Assembly (NCBI GenBank): GCA_041736175.1
Contig: JBGSUI010000052.1
Span: 1 to 52,239, forward strand
Length of the DNA stretch: 52,239 nucleotides
From: Oligoflexales bacterium
GTDB lineage: Bacteria; Bdellovibrionota_B; Oligoflexia; Oligoflexales; CAIYRB01
Direction: 5' to 3'
The notes under the pieces were generated by a model, which did no database searches, had not been told where the DNA came from, and saw only the letters and a list, made by a program, of their open reading frames with translations. The position numbers and the translations under genes were made by a program. This document shows, one piece after another, positions 18,719-28,590 of the stretch. Each line of letters starts with the position of its first letter. Positions within the stretch are counted from its first letter, which is position 1.

Positions 18719-19983
18719 GACAAACCGCCTTTTGTGATGGGCTCCGGTCTATCTAGAGGTCTTGGCACTTCTGGAGCCTCTGGAGCGAGGGCGCCTTTTT
18801 CGCGCCAGATACGTCCATAGCGGTCTTCGATGAGCAGATCCTCACCGTCCTCCCCCAGGACCTGTTGGGGAGTCAAAGGGACCTTGCCGGCAGGTGTATC
18901 CATGATGTAGGTGGGGATGCCGAGACCGGTGATTTTGCCGCGCATAGTCCGCATAATCTCCATGCCTTTCGTCACCGGCACCCGGAGGTGTTCGGTGCCT
19001 TGCACTAAGTGGGGATGAAAGAGGTAGTAGGGTCGCACTCTGATTTTTAGGAGCGCACGGGAGAGTTGAATCATCTTTTCGGTACTATCGTTGACCCCAC
19101 GAAGGAGCACGGCTTGGTTCCCCACGGGAAAACCGTTATTGACTAGATTTTCGATGGCCTGGGCAGCCTCGGGGGTGACTTCTTCGGCACAGTTAAAGTG
19201 GGTGTTGATAAATATAGGATGAAAAGCAGCGAGTTTTTTGGCTAACTCCGCTGTGACCCGGTAGGGGAGGGTGACTGGAGTCCGGGTTCCAAAGCGTATA
19301 ATCTCCACATGGGGGATCTGCCTTAACCGTTCGGCCACGTTGAGGATCGCTTCGTCGTTGGCGACGAAGGGATCTCCCCCTGTGACTAAAACGTCGCGGA
19401 TCGATGGGTTTGAGGCGATATAACGAATCCCTTGATCGACGATTTTGCGATTAAAATGCAAGCCGTCTTCCTCGTCTCGACGTTTGCGAAAGCAGTAGCG
19501 GCAGTAAACAGGACAGAGTTGTGCTACGCAAAAAGCGACGCGGTCTGGGTAAACTTGGACCACTTCTTTTACGGGAGAGTGGGGGACCTCATCGAGGGGG
19601 TCGGCGAGTCCTAGGGAATCATGAAGCTCTTCGATCCGCGGTAGGGCTTGGGTCCTGATGGGGCAGGGCACCTGTGGATCGGGGTTCATGAGCCCCAGAT
19701 AATAGGGGGTGACTCCCGTCTGAAAAAGATGTTGAAGTCCTTCAAACCCACCTTTTTCAGAGCTGGTCAGGCCGATCTTGCCCTCGGTGTCTTGGAGGCG
19801 ATTGACCTGCTTTTTCATATGCCATCGCCAATGGGTAACGGTCAGGGGATCGACGCCATAGAGGGCCGCAACCCGCCCAGTGATCGAGGAAGGGTCGTGT
19901 GCAAAACGGGAAAATTCCCGTGGATAGGAGGATGGGCTAGAAACTTTGGTCAGGGGAAGGCTGACCTGATCGGAGTCAAACAT
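18715..19983 (-). CDS. KamA-family radical SAM protein (lysine 2,3-aminomutase-like)
   Basis: YPDRV, CPVYCRYCFRKR, TGGDP, NTHFN, NQAVLLRGVND, RPYY, GKVP. Confidence 0.9.
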   Translation of the reverse strand: MFDSDQVSLPLTKVSSPSSYPREFSRFAHDPSSITGRVAALYGVDPLTVTHWRWHMKKQVNRLQDTEGKIGLTSSEKGGFEGLQHLFQTGVTPYYLGLMNPDPQVPCPIRTQALPRIEELHDSLGLADPLDEVPHSPVKEVVQVYPDRVAFCVAQLCPVYCRYCFRKRRDEEDGLHFNRKIVDQGIRYIASNPSIRDVLVTGGDPFVANDEAILNVAERLRQIPHVEIIRFGTRTPVTLPYRVTAELAKKLAAFHPIFINTHFNCAEEVTPEAAQAIENLVNNGFPVGNQAVLLRGVNDSTEKMIQLSRALLKIRVRPYYLFHPHLVQGTEHLRVPVTKGMEIMRTMRGKITGLGIPTYIMDTPAGKVPLTPQQVLGEDGEDLLIEDRYGRIWREKGALAPEAPEVPRPLDRPEPITKGGLS

Positions 19984-20231
19984 CGGATCTCGACTTTTGT
20001 GTTAAGCGTCTTGGGATGAAAGGGCGATTGGGCTTGATATCTTTGCAGATAAATCAAGAGAATCTCCGCGTTATTGCCATATTTCACGCCTACTGTCTAG
20101 GTTCATTTGGGGGATTTGGAGTCTCTGGGGAGTCTCTGGGGAGCCTTTGTTGGATCTAATTTTTCAGTTTAGACTGGAAAGAGCCTCTAAAAGGGAGTAG
20201 AATTCGTCCTTTTGGGGAGGATTTATTCCAC

Positions 20232-20894
20232 ATGCAGATTCATAGATTTATCTTAGGATCCAAATCTCCCTATCGAAAAGCTCTCCTCGAAGACGCCGGT
20301 CTTGCCAGTTTGACCATGGAGTCACAGGTCGATGAAATGGCCATTGTCAAGGAGACCCCGCTCCTCACCGCCCTAGCACGGGCCCAGGCAAAGGGCTTTG
20401 ATGTGGCGCAGAGGTGTGTACCAGGTGACCTGGTTTTGGGTACCGACCAGGTCCTAGGATTTAAGGGCGCTGTTTTTGATAAATCCACGACTGAGGTCGA
20501 GGCTCGTGGGCGGCTTAAGGAACTCCAGGGCCAAACCCATATCCTCCACTCGGCTATGTCGCTTTTTCTGGTCCCGGAAAAGACCGACCTCACGGGACCA
20601 GTCATGATTAAATCTATGTGTATCGATACTCCCATGAAGATGCGGCCCCTGGGAGATGATGAGATCGAAGCTTATCTAAAAACAGGTGAGTGGCAGGGAT
20701 GCGTCGGCTGTTACAAATACGAAAAGCAAGGAATCCAGCTATTTGAATTCTCCGGAGATCATGCTGGCGAACCCATCGACCAGTCTGCAATCGTCGGATT
20801 GCCCCTACGCCCTCTGTTTGAGATCTTACGTCTTATCGGCGTAAATCCTCTTGTTTCCCCGAGGGGACCTTGGACTTATCAACAACTTTTATAG
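20232..20894 (+). CDS. maf: Maf-family nucleoside triphosphate pyrophosphatase
   Basis: ILGSKSPYRKALL, VDE, GTDQV, IVGLPL. Confidence 0.9.
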   Translation: MQIHRFILGSKSPYRKALLEDAGLASLTMESQVDEMAIVKETPLLTALARAQAKGFDVAQRCVPGDLVLGTDQVLGFKGAVFDKSTTEVEARGRLKELQGQTHILHSAMSLFLVPEKTDLTGPVMIKSMCIDTPMKMRPLGDDEIEAYLKTGEWQGCVGCYKYEKQGIQLFEFSGDHAGEPIDQSAIVGLPLRPLFEILRLIGVNPLVSPRGPWTYQQLL

Positions 20895-20909
20895 AAAAGG
20901 CGGCGTTTT

Positions 20910-21710
20910 ATGAAAAGCAGAGCATACCGTTGGTTCCAATGGGTGATCACCGCCCTTATCCTAGGTGTATTAGGGTGCCAAACCACTCCCGTCACTAAGC
21001 GGAGGCAGCTGGTCTTGGTATCCGATCAGGTTCTCGCCAAGCAGAGTCTCGAGGTGTTTTCGGAGATGCGCCAAAAGATTCCCCTGGTAAAAGACGAGGC
21101 CATCCGCCGCCGCGTGCTTGAGATCGGACAAAAGGTCGCCTTGGCTTCCGGCGGAGAATTAGACTGGGAGTTTGAGGTATTTGAAAGTCCTGAGGTCAAC
21201 GCTTTCTGCTTGCCTGGAGGTAAGATAGGTATCTTTAGCGGTATCCTCCCCATCGCTAAGACCAATGGAGGGCTGGCAGCGATTATAGGCCACGAAGTGG
21301 CCCATGCTTTAGCCCACCATAGTGCGGAGAGAGCTTCGCAGGCCCTTATTTTGGGTCAGGTGGTAGCCGTGGTGGATGACCAGCTCGAAGGCAAAAAGGG
21401 TCAGCAAGTCCTCGTGGGAGCCCTCAATATAGGTGCCCAGTTAGGGCTCCTGCTTCCCTTTAGTCGCCGTCATGAGAGCGAAGCCGACGCGATAGGCATT
21501 GATTATATGGCGCGGGCAGGGTTTGACCCGAGCGAGGCTGTAGGTCTATGGGAGCGGATGGCGGCGGCAGAGTCGAGTCGTTCTCCCGAGTGGCTGGGTA
21601 CCCATCCGAGCCCGGCCCGGCGCATCAAAGATCTCGAAGCACTGTTGCCCCATGCGCGCAGTCTTTACCAGGCATCCCACCAACAGTATCCCACAGAGGT
21701 TGTGTTTTAA
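20910..21710 (+). CDS. M48-family metallopeptidase lipoprotein
   Basis: LGC lipobox, NAFCLPGGK, HEVAH, FSR.HE.EAD, THP. Confidence 0.92.
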   Translation: MKSRAYRWFQWVITALILGVLGCQTTPVTKRRQLVLVSDQVLAKQSLEVFSEMRQKIPLVKDEAIRRRVLEIGQKVALASGGELDWEFEVFESPEVNAFCLPGGKIGIFSGILPIAKTNGGLAAIIGHEVAHALAHHSAERASQALILGQVVAVVDDQLEGKKGQQVLVGALNIGAQLGLLLPFSRRHESEADAIGIDYMARAGFDPSEAVGLWERMAAAESSRSPEWLGTHPSPARRIKDLEALLPHARSLYQASHQQYPTEVVF

Positions 21711-21768
21711 TTGGCGAGGTCTTTCTTGACCTAAGGCTTGCCGCCTGTTACAACTTTGTCTCTGACAG

Positions 21769-21844
21769 CGGGGTGTAGCGCAGTTGGTAGCGCGCGTGCT
21801 TTGGGAGCATGAGGTCGCAAGTTCGAATCTTGTCACCCCGACCA
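21769..21844 (+). tRNA. tRNA-Pro(TGG)
   Basis: cggggtg/caccccg acceptor stem, anticodon loop tt-TGG-ga, GTTCGAATC T-loop, encoded CCA; ttgacc-N17-tacaac promoter-like sequence upstream. Confidence 0.97.
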
Positions 21845-22284
21845 TTAAAATCAGTAAGTTACAGAGATTTTAGTGGGAAGTTGGCTGAAAGCCACTGGCC
21901 TTGCTGGGTCGATTTAAAAGCCTGCAGATTTTGACCGAAATAGTAATCGGCGGCAAAGTCTTAGGGCTTACTCTTGCATTAAAGAAATCCAAGGTAAATT
22001 ATATAGTTATAGCTAAATCGGTGGCGTGTGTCGTCTCACTTTATCCAAAAGGGCTACAGGTGGGAGTCACTTGTTTATAAAGCACTAAAAGATCTTATCT
22101 CCGAAAATCATTAGAAAATTTAAGTTTGCTTAAGGTAGAATCCTAAAACGACGAAGAGAAAATTTGTAGGGTTCTGAGTGGTGCCCGAAAGGCAAAACTG
22201 GTAAGAAAGGGAATCCGTTGGTTTAAATATTGCAGTGTTTTTACAGCGGTGTTTGAGAACCAAGAAAGAAAGTGGAAATAAAGT

Positions 22285-22605
22285 ATGGAAAAGCCAAAAG
22301 AATCAGATCAAAAAGTTACAATAAAGAATGCTGGACACCCAATTGGAATGCCTTACACCCGTTTTGAAATTCCAAAATTGTCACGGGTTGGTGATACGTT
22401 TGCGATTACTTTGTTCCAAATTGATTACAATAATTTCGCAGAAAGAAAAGAAAAAGACCCAACAACAAATAGCTTAGACTTGGTTGCTGGCGAGATCATT
22501 CCAGTAGCGCGTTTGGCAACAAGTCTCCAAGGATTAGTAAACTTGAAAAATGCGATTCAAGAAATTTTAGAAAAGGCAGAAAAACAAAATGACGAGCCCA
22601 AATGA
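22285..22605 (+). CDS. Hypothetical protein (DUF3467-like pattern)
   Basis: 106-aa ORF in an AT-rich island; F.ITLFQ...PVARLATS...L.NL..AI.E.L resembles DUF3467 by eye. Confidence 0.55.
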   Translation: MEKPKESDQKVTIKNAGHPIGMPYTRFEIPKLSRVGDTFAITLFQIDYNNFAERKEKDPTTNSLDLVAGEIIPVARLATSLQGLVNLKNAIQEILEKAEKQNDEPK

Positions 22606-22996
22606 GTTTAACATAACGTTAGATCAAAAATTAGCAATCTTAGGTGATTTCGAAGCTGAATTAGCTTCTTTAAGTGATGAAGAAAGAGACGAGCAAAATT
22701 ACCCAGAAGAAAAAGTTATTAATCTTGCTAGAAAATTTCTTTTGATGACTCATAATGTTTTGAGTCGGTTTATTAGAGCATCTGAAGATGGAAGGGGGGG
22801 AATTATACTGATTTTTTCATCAAAGTTAGAGGTCAGTATCTCTGAAGATCTTAAGTTTTTTGTTTGTCCAAACTTTGGGAGCGTTGAAAATATTTATACC
22901 TTTAAAGACATTCACCAGTTAATAAGAGCTTATTTCCCTGATGAAGTGATTCAGGTGGTACGAACGAGTAAAAATAATTTCAATTTAGCAGCTTAG
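22589..22996 (+). CDS. Hypothetical protein
   Basis: 135-aa ORF overlapping the previous gene; acidic N-terminal half. Confidence 0.6.
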   Translation: MTSPNEFNITLDQKLAILGDFEAELASLSDEERDEQNYPEEKVINLARKFLLMTHNVLSRFIRASEDGRGGIILIFSSKLEVSISEDLKFFVCPNFGSVENIYTFKDIHQLIRAYFPDEVIQVVRTSKNNFNLAA

Positions 22997-23004
22997 GGAA
23001 AAAG

Positions 23005-23478
23005 ATGTGTGGTCTAGGCGGACTTAATTCTGATGATACTCTACTAAAAGTTGTTAAATTCAAGTACAAAAATCGCTTTGAAGAGTTAACTGGGGAAGAA
23101 ATTATACGCTTTACAAGGCCCAAAGGCACCTCTGTTGTAGGGTGCTCTTTTACTGCTATACACAAGTGGCCATCATTAAAAGAGGCGCGATCCTATGCCC
23201 GAGGAGTTCATGAAAACTATCGCAATGGGGCCACGTATATTGTCAAGGCCAAAGACTTATTGTGGACTTGTGCAATTTCAGGACAAACATTTTGTACTGA
23301 GTTGGATACGGTAAATGTAAGCTCTGCAAGTTTAGGGCATGTCGCATTAAGGATGAGAAATGCTACTATTGATCGATTAGTGTACTACGGAACTTCTGAT
23401 GTAGAAAATCAGATTTTAAAAAACTGCGCCAACGATTTAAAAGCTAGATTTGTGTTAGATGATCCATTCCAGGTTTGA
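23005..23478 (+). CDS. Hypothetical protein (possible ART/RES-like fold)
   Basis: 157-aa ORF 8 nt after the previous stop; DDTLLK...GCSF...GHVAL spacing recalls ART/RES-like toxins (weak). Confidence 0.55.
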   Translation: MCGLGGLNSDDTLLKVVKFKYKNRFEELTGEEIIRFTRPKGTSVVGCSFTAIHKWPSLKEARSYARGVHENYRNGATYIVKAKDLLWTCAISGQTFCTELDTVNVSSASLGHVALRMRNATIDRLVYYGTSDVENQILKNCANDLKARFVLDDPFQV

Positions 23479-24049
23479 ACTGCACTTGGGCAAAACCAAG
23501 CATGAGGGGGTGCTGTTAACAGGTGCATGCCGAAAGACCCAGGTCCGATTGAGAAACGGGACAGGCTGAAGGTTAGATCTCCTTGACCATAAAGCTCCGG
23601 CTCAGACGTCACCCAGGATTGTCTGCCTAAACTTGTAGACCGACCTCTTCCCCATTTATTCGGACCAAACCTTGCAATCTCATATCTTGGATGAGAATCA
23701 ATCCCTAACCCTCGCCAGACCACTCGGTATTTCTTATCACGATCGACCTTTATCGGAGTTCTTCCCCTGATCCTTCTTTTGTTGTCTCTGTTTAGCCCTT
23801 TCAGCCTTGCGCAAAGGATCACGGGTCTAGAGTCGCTAAATTTTATACACTGTCTAAATATAGTCATTTTGCTATTGATGCTAAATAAAAACATGATTTT
23901 ATTGAGACAATCTATTTAATTCCCGTAGTGAAGACGGTAGACCTTACAGATTGAAAACGAAAGATACAGATCGATAAAACGCCTTCTTAGAGATTATGAT
24001 CTTAACTTTTTCGAACGGTTAACACCTGCCAACCAGATATTATAAAATT

Positions 24050-24065
24050 TGGTACAGATTTTGCT
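24050..24065 (+). promoter_or_regulatory. Sigma54 (-24/-12) promoter
   Basis: TGGTACAGATTTTGCT (GG-N10-GC), ~57 nt upstream of ATG 24123. Confidence 0.6.
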
Positions 24066-24122
24066 TATTTTTTACTATCCAGACTGCTTATATCAAGAAA
24101 TTCTAAACAATGGGGACCGTCC

Positions 24123-25715
24123 ATGAAACCTTGTCTTTTTTGCTTCATTATTCTGCTTAGTGCCTGTGGACGGACCTTTCAGCAACCATCGACCTCTTTG
24201 GCAGATGCCTCGACTGCAGTACCGAATTTCACTCTTATCCCAGAATATGCGAAGACCAATGCCATTATGTTAGAAGCTGGAGGCCATTTTGTCTCAAGAG
24301 ATTTCGATCCTGAAGATTCCGATTTTAAACGAACATTGGGCACTGAATATGAAACGTTGGTGAACGCCTTAGTCGGTTCCCCTGATCTGCGCATTATCAT
24401 GTACCTTTCTACACAGGACTTAACCAATATTTTCCCATCGGCTTCGCCTCAAACTGAGGTTGAGCATTTCAAGGCCACAGTCATGCCCTCCCTGGTAGGC
24501 GGCGGCAAGACCATCGAAATGCGCGAAACAACCACCAGCTTTGATGAGCCTGATCCCTGGACCCGTGACTTTGGAGCCTTTACAGCTCTTGAGAAAGATA
24601 CAGGCCGACTGGTGCTTGTTGATCATCAAAAACTGCAAAAAAGCTCTCGCGGGGCATCGCAGAATCAGGATCTCGCCCAGGTGCTTGGCCTGCCGAAGTT
24701 CGATATTGCTAACCAGGCAGTAGGCGGTCCCATCAGTGTCGATGGCGGTGGCATCATGAACGACTCCCGCGGCCGTTGTTTCGCCTCTCCAGTCACGCCG
24801 GATAATAGCTGGCAATGCACAGAGGTCGTTGGATTTCGTCCATTGCCACAGGACAGCACAGGGCATATCGATCTTTTCGCAAAGCTCCTTTCGGATGATG
24901 TAGCCGTGGTGGCCGATTTCTCCTCGGACCAAGTGCTTCTCGCCGTAGAGCCTGAAATCAAAGTCTCGAAGTGCGCTGCGGCTGATAATGGGGGGGAGAA
25001 GGAGTGCATTCCTGAATCTCGTCGCCCTTCATTCAACCGCTTTGAGCAAAATAAAAACGGCAGTGGCGATCGGTTGTTTTCCATCGCTGAACTCAAAGAT
25101 CTGCTGGCTAGTCGCTATACCCAGCAGGTGATCTGGAAACCGACTGTGTCCAAAAGCCCACAGTGGCAGGATTTTCACCTGCGAGAGTTTAGCGAGGAAA
25201 CGGCGGCTAAGCTACGTGAACGGGGATTTGCGGTGACGAAAATTCTGAACCCCGCGCCGATCGCCTATGTGTCCATCAACCGACTTTTAGAAGGGGATAA
25301 GGTCATAAGTGAAGAGATTTCATTGAAATTTGCCTACCGCAGTCACCTGAATTCGTTGGTTGTCAACGGTAGGGTGCTCATGCCAATATTTGGCAATGGC
25401 GACGCTACCTCAAACGAGAAGGCAAAAGCTGCCTATGCCTCTCTAGGATTTTCGGTGACTGGCATTCCCATGGATGCCCACGCATTTCAGGATGGTGCAG
25501 TTCATTGCCTCACCCGTGATCTTCATGATGGTGGCACCACAGCTGGTAGTAATTCAAATCAAGTCAATTCCAATTCTTTAAATCAAGGAGGATCGGGCGA
25601 GATCTTACCAGCAATGACTGAAGGCTGCGATTACACCAACGCCAGCAAGCCAGAAAATAAGGGTTACGGATACAATCCTGAGCTAAAGAAATCATGCGCA
25701 CCACAAGGTAGTTAG
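24123..25715 (+). CDS. Agmatine/peptidylarginine deiminase-family lipoprotein
   Basis: LSAC lipobox; WTRDFG, DGGG, TGHID, N.LVVNG.V.MP, GAVHCLT catalytic motifs. Confidence 0.85.
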   Translation: MKPCLFCFIILLSACGRTFQQPSTSLADASTAVPNFTLIPEYAKTNAIMLEAGGHFVSRDFDPEDSDFKRTLGTEYETLVNALVGSPDLRIIMYLSTQDLTNIFPSASPQTEVEHFKATVMPSLVGGGKTIEMRETTTSFDEPDPWTRDFGAFTALEKDTGRLVLVDHQKLQKSSRGASQNQDLAQVLGLPKFDIANQAVGGPISVDGGGIMNDSRGRCFASPVTPDNSWQCTEVVGFRPLPQDSTGHIDLFAKLLSDDVAVVADFSSDQVLLAVEPEIKVSKCAAADNGGEKECIPESRRPSFNRFEQNKNGSGDRLFSIAELKDLLASRYTQQVIWKPTVSKSPQWQDFHLREFSEETAAKLRERGFAVTKILNPAPIAYVSINRLLEGDKVISEEISLKFAYRSHLNSLVVNGRVLMPIFGNGDATSNEKAKAAYASLGFSVTGIPMDAHAFQDGAVHCLTRDLHDGGTTAGSNSNQVNSNSLNQGGSGEILPAMTEGCDYTNASKPENKGYGYNPELKKSCAPQGS

Positions 25716-25858
25716 TGGGTGGCGCAAAATTGAAAACAAACGGCGTTGGCTGCAAAAACCCCCTCATCGCCATACCGCAACGCACTATTTTCGTAGTAGT
25801 TTTCGATTCGTTTCCAATTTGGCGCACCTCCGTTGATGCCTTTCGCACCAGCGTCTCA

Positions 25859-26845
25859 TTATTCTGTTTCCAACAACTTTCGACCCGGCAAGAGTGGCGG
25901 TGGAGCAGGCGGTTTGGGTGCGGTGGAATCCCCTGGATGAGTACCGGGCAGATCTGGGGGTGATTTGGACCAAATTAACGATGGGTTTGGGAGCCAATGC
26001 AGACCAAGGTCTTCTTTAAATAAAAACATCACCGTTACTAGTCCACAGAGGATCCCCAAAAAACAAAACGCGATCGTTAATAGTCGCCCCTGTTTAGGGG
26101 CTTTTTGTCCACTCTTGATTCCTTGCATGACCATACTCAGGTCCATGGTGACGTTGGATACAGGAGCGGGCAAGGGATGGAGGGGGAGTTGGGCCACAAG
26201 GCTTTCAGGGTCCTGTCCATAGGAATTATTTTCTAATCGAAAAAGCGCATGTACCAGATGCTTTTCCACGTCGCTAGCCGTGGTACCCATGATTTGAGCG
26301 ACTTGGTCCAAGGAGGCATCAAGGTGCGCCTTAAGCCAAAGGGTCTCCCGCTCCCATCCAGAAAGGGAACGGTACTCTCTTTCAAAATCTCTCATCTTGA
26401 TCGGATCTTGGGTATGTAAGTCTTTCAGATTTTCGGTATCTGGATTGCTGTTTCGTAGGTAAAACCCATTTTCAAGGCGACTGGTGTCGTTATGCCAAAG
26501 GGATTGGCCTCGTTTGCGGATATTCTGGAGGACGGCTTGGCGGAAGCTGAAGTGGGTTTTATAAAGATTCAAGGCTGTGATGTCGACGGAGATCAATGAT
26601 TCATGAACGGAATCTAAAGATCGGGTGATATCTCCCGTCATGCGGAGAGCATAGTCGAAGAAGAGTGGTTTTTCAGCCTCAAGGAGGCGTTCGAGGGATT
26701 TTTTGTGGCCCTTTACGGCCTTTTCAAAGAGAGACGCTAAAAAATCTCCCTGATTTTGCTGAGATTGATGCCCAGATTGATGATGCGTTTGGCGATGGGA
26801 ATCCAAGTTGCTTAAGTGAGTCGAACTAGCTCTGCTGGCTTTCAT
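25859..26845 (-). CDS. ECF-like sigma-70 family protein with C-terminal transmembrane segment
   Basis: Region-2-like LFFDYALRMTGD...D.VHE; region-4-like LS.WERE.LWL...SL.QVA.IMG...S.V...L..A; TM LLTIAFCFLGILCGLVTVMFLF. Confidence 0.6.
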   Translation of the reverse strand: MKASRASSTHLSNLDSHRQTHHQSGHQSQQNQGDFLASLFEKAVKGHKKSLERLLEAEKPLFFDYALRMTGDITRSLDSVHESLISVDITALNLYKTHFSFRQAVLQNIRKRGQSLWHNDTSRLENGFYLRNSNPDTENLKDLHTQDPIKMRDFEREYRSLSGWERETLWLKAHLDASLDQVAQIMGTTASDVEKHLVHALFRLENNSYGQDPESLVAQLPLHPLPAPVSNVTMDLSMVMQGIKSGQKAPKQGRLLTIAFCFLGILCGLVTVMFLFKEDLGLHWLPNPSLIWSKSPPDLPGTHPGDSTAPKPPAPPPLLPGRKLLETE

Positions 26846-28091
26846 CAAACCTCCCCCCTACCGAGACTATTAAAATCCAAAAACCAAATAAACCACCTGT
26901 AGCGAGGCTTCCTAGAATATTTTGCTGGATGGAACCGCTAGCCCAACCATAGCCAGCGACGACGATCGAGACCAGGTGGAGGCCGCTGTAGATCTTAAGG
27001 GGCCAATGACGGCCTCTTTTGAGAAGGCCGATTCCAAGCAATGCTAGCCAAAGATCTGTAGGCCAGTGGATCAAGAGGACAAAGTTATTTTTAAGTTGGG
27101 GGTATCCAGAGACAAAATGATTGAGGGTTAGAATGAGTCCGAAAATCCCAGAGTATAAGCCGTAGACAACCCATAGGGCCTGTATGGTATAACGTTTCAA
27201 AACACCTTGGAATTTAAGCGCTATGGTACCCAAGGCGATCGCAGGAAATAATATGAATAGAATAAACCTCAAATAGGGGTCCGCTTGCGGTGCTGGTTCT
27301 TTGAGATCGATCAGCATGTTTGCACCATAGAGAAGGTTCTGATCAGCGATCACCTGGCCTTGATCATCGACGGCAGGCATCTCTAAGAGAAAATTGCGTA
27401 GGGCGCTAGGGATAAACATGGATTCCCATGGAGTGGTGGTCTGATCTAAAAGCTTATTGGTGATTTGATCGAGGCCGAGATAGATCCATGGATTTAAAAG
27501 TGAGCCTTCTCTGATGTAGTCTCTATAGAGTTTGTTGGTCTTTGCTTTATTAAAATGATCTTTGATTTTACCTCCCATCGCAAAATCAAGGTGATCCCGG
27601 GGTTTGGTCGCGCAGTTGTCTTTAAATTGGTCGTAATCATAAAAGATGTTTTCAGGGAGCTCGTTCCATTTTAAGCGCTCGATCAGCTTGGATTTTTGCT
27701 GGGATGTTAATCTTAATCGATCTTCGATAACCCATCTTTTTTCTCTAAATTGGTAGTGGTTCATAAGTTCAGAGATGGGTGTAGCGGCTACCTGGTAGCG
27801 GAGTTTTCCCTTGTAAAAGTTCCAAACAAAGAGACTATTATGAAAGTCAAAAATCCCCCAGTTGTAGCCTATATCGAGTCCTTTATCGAGATCTTGGACC
27901 CGTAGGATGGTGTGACCATAAAGAGCATAGACAGCCTCCCCCCGACCGACGGTCAAAAGAGAAAATTCGAGTTTTTCCATATTTGATGTGTAGTCGGTGG
28001 CTGCAAGCCCCTGGGAAAGCCCAAAGACACTAGATACTCCAATCAAGTACAGGGAGAAGACTAAATTAAAGGGGAAGATCAGACGGATCAT
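26826..28091 (-). CDS. DUF4105 / Lnb-like membrane protein (putative lipoprotein N-acyltransferase)
   Basis: LLTVGRG...Y.LYGHT.LRV, YNWG.FDF, Y.YD.F.DNCATK.RD; several C-terminal TM helices. Confidence 0.8.
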   Translation of the reverse strand: MIRLIFPFNLVFSLYLIGVSSVFGLSQGLAATDYTSNMEKLEFSLLTVGRGEAVYALYGHTILRVQDLDKGLDIGYNWGIFDFHNSLFVWNFYKGKLRYQVAATPISELMNHYQFREKRWVIEDRLRLTSQQKSKLIERLKWNELPENIFYDYDQFKDNCATKPRDHLDFAMGGKIKDHFNKAKTNKLYRDYIREGSLLNPWIYLGLDQITNKLLDQTTTPWESMFIPSALRNFLLEMPAVDDQGQVIADQNLLYGANMLIDLKEPAPQADPYLRFILFILFPAIALGTIALKFQGVLKRYTIQALWVVYGLYSGIFGLILTLNHFVSGYPQLKNNFVLLIHWPTDLWLALLGIGLLKRGRHWPLKIYSGLHLVSIVVAGYGWASGSIQQNILGSLATGGLFGFWILIVSVGGRFDESQQS

Positions 28092-28095
28092 GAAT

Positions 28096-28590
28096 TTAGC
28101 CTTTTTGAAGCGGTTGGGAAGCTTTGAGATCGAGCCGAGCTTGGCGTCTTATTTGGGCTTGGTGACTTCGTTCGTGTTCTTCCGGGGTATCAGGAGCTAT
28201 AGGAGGGATAGGACTGGGTCGACTTTGAAAGTCAAGGGCGACAAAGGTTAGGAAAGCATTGACGGTGTCATGGCGCTCTCCCGTGACTGGATGGTAGGCC
28301 TGTACGTTGACTTCGATTTCACAGCTCGTCCGCCAAGCATGATTCACATGGGCGTCTAGGAGAGCAAGCCATCCCATGGGCAGAGGTGCTAAAAAATGCA
28401 GGCTATCGATTGAGACGGTGACTACAGGTTTGCCGCAATGGCGCATGGCAGCGGCGGCAGCCGCGATATCCACCCATGCCATAACCTCTCCACCAAAAGC
28501 CGTGCCATGGGCATTGGTATGCTGGGGACGCACGAGATGTTCATGGTGGGTTTTGCTCAAACCGGGTGGTTTAGGGGTTAGCGGTTCCAT
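28096..28590 (-). CDS. Acyl-CoA thioesterase (hotdog fold)
   Basis: P..TN.HGT.FGG.VM.WVD.AA, VVTVSID...F..P, A.LTFVALD. Confidence 0.92.
   Translation of the reverse strand: MEPLTPKPPGLSKTHHEHLVRPQHTNAHGTAFGGEVMAWVDIAAAAAAMRHCGKPVVTVSIDSLHFLAPLPMGWLALLDAHVNHAWRTSCEIEVNVQAYHPVTGERHDTVNAFLTFVALDFQSRPSPIPPIAPDTPEEHERSHQAQIRRQARLDLKASQPLQKG

Noticed and set aside
20118..20146. ggagtctctgg x2.5 short tandem repeat
   Set aside because: Too short, has no spacers and is not CRISPR-like.
21546..21845. 99-aa minus-strand ORF MVGVTRFELATS...
   Set aside because: Antisense translation of tRNA-Pro.
23409..23894. 161-aa minus-strand ORF
   Set aside because: No RBS or motif, Arg/Gly-rich composition typical of a non-coding frame, and it overlaps the end of a better ORF.
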